Shown piece after piece: positions 12,757-23,400 of a DNA stretch of 64,000 nucleotides (position 1 is its first letter; every line of letters begins with the position of its first letter). Made by a program: the position numbers and the translations under genes. The stretch is taken from positions 9,652,283 through 9,716,282 of the forward strand of contig OZ316892.1 in the NCBI GenBank assembly GCA_973895155.1, given 5' to 3'. The DNA comes from Marsupella aquatica. Taxonomy: Eukaryota > Plantae > Marchantiophyta. The notes under the pieces were generated by a model, which saw only the letters and a program-made list of their open reading frames with translations, was not told the origin of the DNA and searched no databases.

Positions 12757-13267
12757 TGTTGAGCATAGACGACGATCGCAACGGCAAGCCCATGAACCAT
12801 CTAACGCACAATAGTCGACACAAGAGATACGTGGTTCACCTCCTTGAGGCTACGTCCACGGGAACACACAAGAGAGCTTTACTGAACTCTAAGCCCGTCG
12901 GCTATACCGAGTCTCCACAGTGTAAGCTCTCCCTATCTCTCAAGTGGCTCCATAACAATGAGCCTTGGTTCTACCTCTCCAAGCACACATGCCTCTTATG
13001 ATATAGTGTGCAACTTAGTTGTACCTAACCACATAGTTGTACCTAACCACATAGTTGTACCTAACCACATAGTTGTACCTAACCACATAGTTGTACCTAA
13101 TCACGTAGTTGTACCTAACCACATAGTTGTACCTAATCACGTAGTTGTACCTAACCACATAGTTGTACCTAATCACATAGTTGTACCTAACCACGTAGTT
13201 GTACCAACCCACGTTGTTGTACCAACCACGTCATACCTAACCTAGACGTAAGAGTAAATACCCAACA
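12757..13267 (-). repeat. 5' LTR (511 bp, 12 x 18-bp units in U3)
   Basis: Same as 6460-6880 except one substitution outside the array (T12802 vs C6505) and 5 extra 18-bp units. Confidence 0.95.
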
Positions 13268-13412
13268 GCAGAGAGCCTAGACTACACAAACCAGTCATCA
13301 AATTTTGTCCCTACCAACTATGAATAATTAATTATTTGTTGCTTGGGGTACTTGTTACTAATAAATGTCTCTAGGGTATGGTAAAGGTCACTATATATGG
13401 TCCACCACCCCC

Positions 13413-13517
13413 GGGGAGACGTAGAGAGCCTGGACTACACAAACCAGTCATCCATCAATCCCACCCATTGATTGATGGATGACTGGTTTGTGTAGTCCAG
13501 GCTCTCTATGTCTCCCC
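13413..13517. repeat. Near-perfect inverted repeat (48-bp arms, 9-nt loop)
   Basis: 13413-13460 pairs with 13470-13517 with one G:T mismatch. Confidence 0.9.
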
Positions 13518-14204
13518 AATCCTGGTTGCTCACCAATTGGTTTCTCCAAAACTCCTCCCCGCCTCTCCAACCTCCATGCCTCTAATCATACAATGCTGGG
13601 CCTTCAACTTTTCTCTCCATCATATCCAATCATTCTAAGTCCAGTCTAGTAGTAGCACATACAACATTCATTAACGGTAGCAATGCCCCATTTAAGCCCT
13701 GCCAATAATCACACATCAAAATGTGGTAATATAAGGTGTGCACTCATTGATTTAAAGAAAATAACAAGGTTTATCATGGTACTAAGGGATGTCCACATAA
13801 CAGCTCTCCATCATATCCAATCTTTCCATTGGTTATGGTCTGACAATGGCATATACAACACTTAATTAACGGTACCAATGCCCCATATCATATACTGTTT
13901 TAACATTGTTTTTGCAAATGTCAACCTGTGTAAGATTTGATGTTAGGAATATTTTTTAATCTTGACCCTTCGATATCCCTAGACTGTTCTGGCAAATGGG
14001 GTTTTTTGGTGGAAAATTGGCTATTGATGTATAAAAAATCTATTGTAGCCAATTTTTGTCAAAAGTGGTTAATACTTTTTGAGTAGGTGTAATGTGGCAA
14101 AATTCTGCACCTAAAAATACGTTACCCCAGACCTTCAATGGCTATCTCGCTACAATAGTGGGTATACTGCAAACACAACTGTTCCTGTCAATAACAGTGC
14201 GGCT

Positions 14205-14395
14205 ACGACGCACAAACACGATGTTCCCGGCTGCCCGCGCTAAAATAGCGAGGTATCGCAAACACAACTAGCCGCACAAACACTATGCTCCTGGCTGCCC
14301 CGCTAAAATAGCGAGGTATCGCAAACACGACTAGCCGTGCAAACACTATGTTCCTGGCTGCCCTACTAAAATAGTGGGGTATTGCAAACACGACT
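14205..14395. repeat. Tandem repeat, about 63-bp unit x3
   Basis: gcacaaacactatgttcctggctgcccc.ctaaaatagcgaggtatcgcaaacacgacta repeated. Confidence 0.85.
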
Positions 14396-15610
14396 AATCC
14401 TGTGCATTGGCATAGCCAACACCTCTCCTCCCAGTCTCAGTTGAGAAGAGATCCAGAGTAAATCCGGTTCCCTCTTACAAAAGGGACAGGTTGCCATTGC
14501 AATTTGCGTCGAGCCCTGCGGCTTCTGAGGGCTGTCCAATCCCTTCCCCCTCATTTGCGCCGTTGGTTTCTGGCCCGAGATGGTGTCACTGGTACACCGA
14601 TCGCGTAGAGTAGAGTCATTGGCACTCAGCCTGGTTTGGACTTGCCCTACAAATAGAGTCTTTAGAGGCCGTCAACCGGCAAGTCAGGACCGTCACGGCC
14701 CCGCCCCCGGTCCCAGCCCCAGAGTTCCTCACTTCACCCCCCTTCCCCTGGCCCCCGATCCCCCCGTAATTCCTGTCAGGAGAAGAGGTTACCGGTGTGT
14801 AACCATTTCTGCATGGGCCTGCTATAGTCATAATCTGCTGTCCTGAAAAGTCTAGGTGGTAACCTCTTTCCGGGCAGGAGTTACTTACGCTAGTGCAGGT
14901 CTGGGCTGGGGTTATAGACTGTAACCTGCTCCCGGAATATTCAAAGAAACTTTCCTACTGCCATCTGTCAGCTTCTTTTCATTTTCCGGATGCAAGGTTA
15001 CAGCCTAGTAACCCTGCACCCAGGGTTGCATTACCCTATACTTTTTACTCCCCCGGTCCTTGCCTGAGTAGAACTGCGTTCCCCCCCCCGGCCCCCCCCG
15101 TTCCCCATCCCCCTGCCTCCTCCCTTTATGCACACTCCCGGCCCCGGCCCGGCCCACCCCCACCCGGGCAAGTGGGCAAGTTGCCCGTCAGTTCAAACCC
15201 GCAGTTCAAACCGGGGCACTCAGGTACCCTCCTACTCTACTCTACTCTACTCTAGTGGTGGACTGTGCTACTGTCTTACATTCCTCGGCGCTTCGTCACG
15301 ATGGTGCCTTTCTTCGTGTTCCCATCGTCGGACCATTGATTCGGGCGGATGCGTCGTGGACTTCTTGGACTCCGTGAAGGAATGTTTGCGACCCAGTCGG
15401 AGCGGATCCATTTCTCATCAGTGGACTGATCTCGGACTTCCTTGCTTCGGCTCGCACTCGTGACGGTGGTGGCGTAGGTAAGCTGTGAGATTACGTACTT
15501 GCGAGGACGGCTGGAGAATGGGGATTGGATTGGATTGAGGAAAGGCGTGAGTGAGTGAGTGAGTGAGTGAGTGAATGATTGTTTGCTTGTTTGATAGTTG
15601 CTGTACAGTA

Positions 15611-16345
15611 CGGTTCTCGAGAGGTTCTCTAATTCCATTCCATTCCTGTCGATTCTATTCCATTCGACGGTATTCCACTATTCCATTCCTCGCTCTGACA
15701 TTTGCATCGTGTCTCCTGATAATCGGTATAGGAGCGTAATAATGAGCCTGACTGGTTTGCTGGCAGGCAGGCTCGTTCGTGAGAGATTGATTCTTGTGAG
15801 TTAAGTTGAGAGGTGTCGTGTGTCGGAAGCGCTGCTGTTGTGGGGAGCTCTCTTTAGAGCGGCAGCATGTTTGTTGAGGTCGTGGTACAACAATGCAACG
15901 AGGACGACCAGAAGTACCACTGAAACCTGCTTACTACTGAGACAGGAATGTGAACGCGAGGGTGACGAGTTTAGACGGTTCTCGAGAGGTTCTGTAATTC
16001 CATTGCATTTCATTCCTTCCATTCCATTCGACGGCATTTCATTCGTCGCTCTGACATTTGCATCGTATACTGATAATCAGTGTAGGACTCCGGACAGGAG
16101 CTTAATAATAAGCCTGACTTGGCTTGCTTGTACGCAGGCAGGCAGACTCGCTCGTGAGAGATGATTCGACTCATGAGTTGAGTTGAGAGGTGTTGTGTCG
16201 GAAGCGCTGCTGTGAGTGAGCTCTCTTTAGAACGGCAGCATGTTTGTGGAGAGGTCGAGCCTACAACACTTCAACGAGGACGACCAGGAGTACCAGTGAA
16301 ACCTGCTTACTACTGGAGCTGGAATGCGACCGCCAGGGTGACGAA
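15611..16345. repeat. Diverged tandem duplication (~365 bp x2) upstream of the METTL13-like ATG
   Basis: Both units start cggttctcgagaggttct (15611, ~15976) and stay colinear to agggtgacga. Confidence 0.85.
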
Positions 16346-16473
16346 GCATCACTATTATTATTATTCTTGCTGTGGGGGTGAGCGTCATCATCATCATCTC
16401 CACTTTTTGACATCGGCGTTTGATGAGAAGTCGGAATTTGCACTGAGAGTTCTTACTGAATGTATTGTTAAGA

Positions 16474-19400
16474 ATGGATGAGCGTATTTTCAGAGCAATG
16501 GCTCCAAGGGCTCCGGTGGCCCGAGAGGAGGAGGAGGAGGACACATACGCTGAACTACATCCCGGGCGAAGTTTGAGGACGGACATCCTCGGGCAACATC
16601 GAGATTGTCAACAGTGTGTTCCAGGGCAACAGTGTACGTACACTGTGGACGTCCTCGATGCGAAGAGCGGCACCGAACTTGAAGTTCCCTGTCGTGTTTT
16701 CCTTGTTCCTCCGGTAAGTTTTCTCAACGGACGACTCGAATGAGTGAATTGCTGGAAACTCGTCTTTCCTCTTGACGGAAATCGCTGATTAGTCTCAACT
16801 GATTGAAACAAGTGATTCTTCTTTAGGCTGAGCGTCGTGTCAGTCTCGTCCAGGTTTTTTCACCTTCTATCCCTATTTTTTGCAATTTGTATACTCAAAT
16901 TTGTACCTAGGCGATCATTATTTCTAGATGAGGTAGGGATCAGGTGTGTGCTCGCTAGACCAACCAGGAAGAGATGACACGCCATGGGGCATCAGCTCCG
17001 AGGACATCAAGCTCTGTGTTACAGATTAATATGAACTCCTGACCATTTCCCTGGCAAGGGGGGCCCATTTGCCCGTGCCATAATGTCACGAAAAGCAAAA
17101 TGTTGTTCGGTTAACTGAAGGGTGCAATGCTTTCGACTGGCAGCAAAGAGCGGAGGAATGGTTGTTTTCGTCTACTCAAGGGCAATGGCAGGTGGTGGCG
17201 GATACGAAAGCAGGCCGCCTGATTATGGTATGTTTTAATACACCGTCTCATCATTTTGGCTGTCTATTCTCACGCTTATGTTTAAAGATGTTCCTTGGCT
17301 GATTCTGGGTTTGACGATTGCAGGTGGCCATGAAAGGAAATGATCATGATAACGACGTTTCTCACATGAAGGTGCAGCTCAGGAATTTCGAATGTAACTC
17401 AAGAGCAACTATATCTTTCGATGTGTGGACATTATTATGGCCATTGCGTTGGTGGAATGGATATCTGCATTCGATCTCATACTCTGAACCGGATGTTTTC
17501 AGGATGATGTAACCACACTGGTGACTCGTTTTCTGCCTTTGGATTGCAGACGCAATGGGGCGATAGAGTATGCCTCTTCTCTCTTATCTTTGTACATTCC
17601 TCATTTTACCTGGTTTTCGCTTTAAAACATTGCTTTTTGTTACACTCTGGACAAGAGGGCTGTTCCAGAGCTAGAGAAAGGCAGATGGTTTTGGGTAATA
17701 ACGACCTTTCGTGGTAAATTGGCAGATATCTGACACAAGAAAACCGCGTCATACTGAGGAAGACCTTGGCTTTGGTATGATTGTCCGAATTTAATAGGTC
17801 GATAGTATTTCGCTGGTGATTGAAATGTTGTATGACGACAGACCTTTCGACTTGTTCATTTATTACCCATGACACTCACTTGACCTGGCAGATTGAATCA
17901 ACGACGACAGGGCCCATGATGGTGGAGGACGTGGCCGTCGCACCTAAGAAACCTAAATCTAGAAAATTATCTAAAGTAGAGCTCAAATGTTATCGGCGGC
18001 TGTCGTTTCGAAGAAATCCCAACATGATACAGTCCGAAGCTTTGTTGGTCCGACATGGAGGAGCACGCAATGGCAAGAGCAGACGACGTGGTCTAGGAGA
18101 ACATGTGAAGGAGAACTATGCCGTCCAAAAGGCAGATGCAGGTATGGGCGGAATTTTGCTTGTATACACGGATTTTGATATGGTTTCGATGCCGAGGATC
18201 GGTGATTCTAAGGACTAGGACTTTTCGTTCCATTGATTGTAACGTATGACGTACATGGTTTCAAATTCGGCCAGTTTCTGAACAAGCTCTTGATGACCTA
18301 TGTCACTCCAGTTGTGTTCGAGGACCTCAGCATAGATTATAGTTTCTTGACCAGCGAGTATCATGAAGGAATGATTGCTGCATTCGTCTTGATTGCAAAC
18401 AATATGGAGCAGTGGTTGGACTCCAAAGAAGAGGTACACATAACAAGGTTTCGGTGCTATTCGGTTCCATTACTGTAAAGTAAAATCACAAAATCTTTGC
18501 TTACATGCCAGACTAGCTGCCCTGTATGAATTCCATATGAACTTATTAACTCAATGAATGGCATAAGTGAGGTGACATACCTGAGCTCACTGGAACGAGT
18601 TAGGGTTAGGTGCGTTCTCTTAGTGGAGACTTGACAATTCTGTGACTGTAAAATAGCTAATATCTTGTTCTGCCCTGTTCTGCCGTTTGGTGGATCAAAC
18701 AGATCAGAGTGATGATTCTAGGGCTGGGGGCTGGACTACTTCCAATGTTTGTACACAATCACATACCTGTGAACAACATCCAGGTACTTAGTATGCTCAT
18801 TATTTCCCCAACTTTGTTATCCTTTCAGTCAGATAACTCAGAAGTTCGTACTTAAAGAGTAATACAGTACGACCTAACTTTGCGCGTTCTTTTTGGGTGT
18901 TGTTAACAGGTTGTGGAGTTGGATGAAATGGTTGGCGAAATTGCCAGAAGTCACTTCGGATTTCTCGAGGATAATAAAATGAAGGTAAATGAACTGCTTT
19001 ACCGAGTTGCAAGCATTAACGTTCACTTTTATTCTTTGCCCTAATGGCTCCGAGTGATCCTTTTTTACTGGGGTTTTATGACTATGGGGAGGCGGACCTG
19101 CGAAAGAACTGAGAGAGTAAAAAGAAGCCAAAGCTGTTAAACATTCATTTTGTTTTTTAAATTGACTGTTTGTCGACAATTGACCAAACGACAGCTTAAT
19201 TATCTAGTATCCCATAGTGAGAACTTCCACACAAGGTGTTTATCCGTATTTACGTGATCACACAATGGCAATCCACAGCTTCAAATTCGAGATGGAGTAG
19301 TTGCTGTCAAAGACGTTGCGGCGGCAGCTCCTTCGAATTCCGAGTGTGGGGCTGGTTCGACAGATTGCAGACTGCATGTTCTAATTGTTGATACAGATTC

Positions 19401-20433
19401 TAAAGATCCAAGGTAGGTTTCGGATTGTAGAATTCATTGTGCGAATGAGCGCTTGTTGTCGGAAATACTAAACAATTTTTTTTTCCTCTGTTGAAAGCAG
19501 CCAGTCCTCAAGTTTGTTTCTTTTGGCTTGGATCTGGAGGCGTCGAGACCTCCATATATGAAATGTCTGGAGATCTCGAGGCTATCACGTAATGAATTTA
19601 AATTTCGTTTTTTAGAGCGAGAGTGAGAGTCGCTTCTGTTGGTGATATCAAAATGATGACAAGAATTGAGAGGACTTGTAGACGAGTATTTCCACTGGTA
19701 TTCACAATACACTGAAAAGTCCCTTTAGTATGTCATCTGGGTGGTGACTGAACTGTCTAGTATTTTCACGTGAGAGAAACAGACAGCTCAATGGCAGTGT
19801 ACTTGTTTGTGTGTGCGATGGACATCAGGCTGAAATGTTGCTGAATTCGGCTGCCTCACTCTGGGTTTTCAATCACATGTGGTGATCATTGCAGCAACGG
19901 ATCAAGTTGTCCAGCCCCGGAGTGTTTGGAAGATTCGTTTTTGTTGGCGGCAAGACAAGCCCTCCTTGACGGTGGTATGATGATTGTGAATGTGGTGGCA
20001 AGCGCACGAAAATATCATGTTTACTCCAAAGCTCAGCTAAAACGAGTAAGTCGCGAGCGAGCCATAGTATGACCTAGCGTTATTAAAGTTTAAATGGCAG
20101 CACTATTTTTGATGAAAACTATTGTCCTTTGGATTAAGTTGCTACATTACTACTGTTTAGAGGAAATATCCCAGCTTAAACATCATTTCACGGGCGCAGA
20201 TGATAATGTTGACTGTTCTGAATTTGCAGTTTTTTGCGGAAGTGTATGAAATCGAGGTTGATAAAGACGTTAACCGGGTGCTCATTGCAATGGCTCAACA
20301 AAGACGCTGCAATGAAATACCCAGTAACATGAAGGACCTTTCCAAGCTAAAGAAAATATTTGCGAGGTCGTCTTCATGGGGTCGTGGACCGAACTTACAA
20401 GAGTTCGTAAGGAGCATGAAGCGAGTGAGCTGA
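16474..20433 (+). CDS. METTL13: METTL13/eEF1A N-terminal methyltransferase-like protein (spermidine-synthase-like C-terminal domain only), 12 exons
   Basis: Exons ~16474-16713, 17144-17227, 17324-17371, 17503-17567, 17726-17774, 17892-18141, 18312-18433, 18703-18783, 18910-18984, 19279-19412, 19895-20045, 20230-20433. Motifs VFLVP|QRAEEWLFSSTQGQWQVV..AGRLIMV, RRLSFRRNPNMIQSEA, LGLGAGLLPMF (SAM motif), VVELD, LIVDTDSKD, SCPA and DVNRVL. Confidence 0.85.
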
Positions 20434-23400
20434 TTGGCTTAACACCGGACTCGGTTCTGTGGCGAGCAATGGTGTACGTCCTTTAGCCAGTTACCTCAAT
20501 GAGGATTTTGTCCCATGACTTAAATCCATCAGTGTCGGGAGTAAAATGAGGTGACTTCTCTTGTTGAGGCTTGACAAAAGGGGGAGGAGTGACTTCGGTG
20601 TCTCGAGATAACCATGCACTCATGCATGTCAGTTGGTTCACACTACTAGGTAGTCCGTATGTTCGCTTATGGTCGATGCGTAGTTGTTGCGTTGTATACA
20701 TTTTTCCTGTACATAGATACTTAGACTAATGTCATAGTTGGCATATTATTGTTCATACACTGAACCTCAGTCTAAACCCTGTAATTCAAGGGAAAGGTGT
20801 AAAGTAGGAACATGTGATTTTTTGTCCATTATCGTTCAATTTGAGCAACCCAGCTGTGGATTGGAAGCAAATCCACGTTTTGGAGTGGGTGTCTCGAGAT
20901 TCTTTCAAAATCAGGTGCTACAGGGGGATAGTATTGTAAACGGTAACAGAAAATTCTGTTTCAAACCGACGTGGTACACGAACCAGGTCTTTTCCAGCCG
21001 AATAGGTTTTCTTGTACATTTTACAGTCTGGCACACTAGGCTCCTCTTGTAACTGTCGCTGCGAGCGTATGTTGGCCTTAATCAATGCAATACGACACAA
21101 TTCCGTGTCCATCATTCACTCACAATCTGCGTGCTGTATGTGACTTGGTGGAGTTCAGTTTTACTCATTCCTTCTGTCTCCCTTCCCTTCTTTCGTGGCT
21201 TCTTTGCTCATGAGAGAGTTCTCTCGTTCCCAAGTTTCCTTGTTCTAGCTGTCCTTGTTCTCCTTTTCGATGTTGTGCCCTCTTGAAACGTATTGGAATT
21301 GTTGGTTGCATGGCACTTCGTGTTCCTGCAGGCACCAAACCGAATTGACTACGTTAACTAATCCAGATCCTATTGTATTCAAAAGGATTGAAAAAAGGAT
21401 TGTGGAAAAGTAATTCTAAAAACAGTATAGTACTTTTAAAGTGAAAGAGAGGTACAATACTTTTTTATTAAAATAAAGGTACACCAGCTTGACTATACCT
21501 TCCTAATTGCCCCCTTTAGTTTGGGGGGTTATTTGTTTAGGTGACACCTATTAATATAAAGCCCATTGGTATTTTGAGGGGCTCTCTGTTCAGGTGACAC
21601 CTATTGACCTAAAGCTCACAAGTATTGGAAACCTTTAAAGGAAATGGAGATGCAACCTACATGTATTGAGAGGGTTCAGTTGTCTTGCTGAGTGGAGCGC
21701 AACTACCTTCCTCAAGGAGAGTTACCTTAGGGTGGCTTTACAAGAACTTGGGGGCGGCAATTCCCTTTTTCTAAGTGAAAGATGCAATCCTAGCCATTCA
21801 CATGTGGGAACTGGCCACACTTCACTTTACATGAACTTGGGGGCACAATGAACCAAAAGCATTACCCAACCTAGTCATCTGTCAGTGGGCCCCTTGTGGG
21901 TCCCCTTTTTTGCTGAGGTGTGCAAGCTTTTTTGTCAAAAACTTAGACCTCCTCTTGAGGTGGTCTAAAAACTTGGAGCAAATGGCCGCTTATTTTCAGG
22001 GAATTGCATTGATGACTTCCAAATCTGACACATTTGGGCTCAGGCATTTTAACTTTTGTGGAAGGAAATGGCCATTAGCTTTGCTCTGGATGGAAAGAGA
22101 CTGAACGGTCCCCACGGTCTTGTAAAGCCCCCCTTAGGAAGTAAGGTTCCTTTTAAAATACATCCTGCTTTTAATGTGTTTCTGCTTGGCAATGATTGCT
22201 AGGACAATTGAATTTTTTTAATCGAGCCAATTGTGTGCTCCACATTCTGTTTGGACCTACTCTTGTGTTCAAGAGGACACCTAACTCGGCCAACTCTAGT
22301 TTGGTGTAAGTGCAGAGGTGGCTTCCCTGAAGCAATTTGTGTGATTTTGGATCATTTGCACTTGCTTACCTCATCCTTTGTTAGGCTATGCATGAACCAG
22401 GTCAACTTTAACCAAAAAAGAGTAAGGCAAAGGCTACCAAGGCATTGGTTAGGGGAGCTTAAAACCTATATGAGTGTTATAAAGGTTAGGCAAGCTTTTA
22501 GTGGTGTCACTACAGAAATCACAAATAACAAGTTTGTGACATGTTTTAGAAACTGCAGTGGTGTCACTACAGAAATCACAAATAACAAATTTTTAACATT
22601 TTTTGGAAACATGTCTGTATATGTCATATTTTCTTTATAGGATGACTAGGGATAACTAGGGTTGACTTGAGTGACACATTCACTAGGGTTAGCTATTCGT
22701 TGCGGTAAGGTTGTGCAGTGGTTACAAGGGCTCCAATGCTCTTCAGTGACCCAAATTTGCTCAGCTAGGACTCAAACTAACATAGAATGATTGGGCAATT
22801 AAGACCATTCTCCAAAGGGACAGTCAAAGAAACCCCGGGAAGCTAGAAACCAAATTTCCATGCGACTCAGAGGGGTGTATGACGCTTCCGTGACGTTCCT
22901 TTTGAACCCTCTAGGGAGTTAGCTCACCCCTCTTACTAGAAGTTACAGTGCATTTGAAATGCTTCTAAATAAGCTTTCATTGGACCTGTGGGGATTGACA
23001 CCCCTGATTGAAAATCTCTCCTTTTAATACATGAACTAACTAGCCCAATGTTTGAGCATTGCATAATTGTCACTGTGATCGTTGCTCTCATGTTGTAGCT
23101 AATAATAATATTGTTGTGGTCACGTGGTTGTTCTGGAAGCATTGTTGTTAGATTGACTATGTTGTGGTTGCAGAAGTGTTGTCAAGTTCATGATTGTTGC
23201 AAAAGTGTTGTCATTTTGGATGTGTCATTGGTGTACTTGTGTTATAATTGTTGCTGCCAATCCATTGTTGTAGAAGTGTTTAACCCTAAATGCCATCCCC
23301 TGCCATTTTCTTTCCCAACGACCCACTTCCCCTTCCCTTCCCTTCCCTTCCCTTCCCCAGCCCCTTGGGGGTGCTATATGGATACCTCCCCCATCACCTG

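Larger units (their letters stand above)
6460..13267 (-). mobile_element. Ty1/copia LTR retrotransposon (Tnt1/Tork-like) with an internally inverted PBS-gag-PR-IN segment
   Basis: TG..CA LTRs at 6460-6880 and 12757-13267; 5-bp TSD GCAGA at 6455-6459 and 13268-13272; tRNA-iMet PBS; PPT; gag, PR, IN, RT and RNaseH motifs in copia order once re-inverted. Confidence 0.97.
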
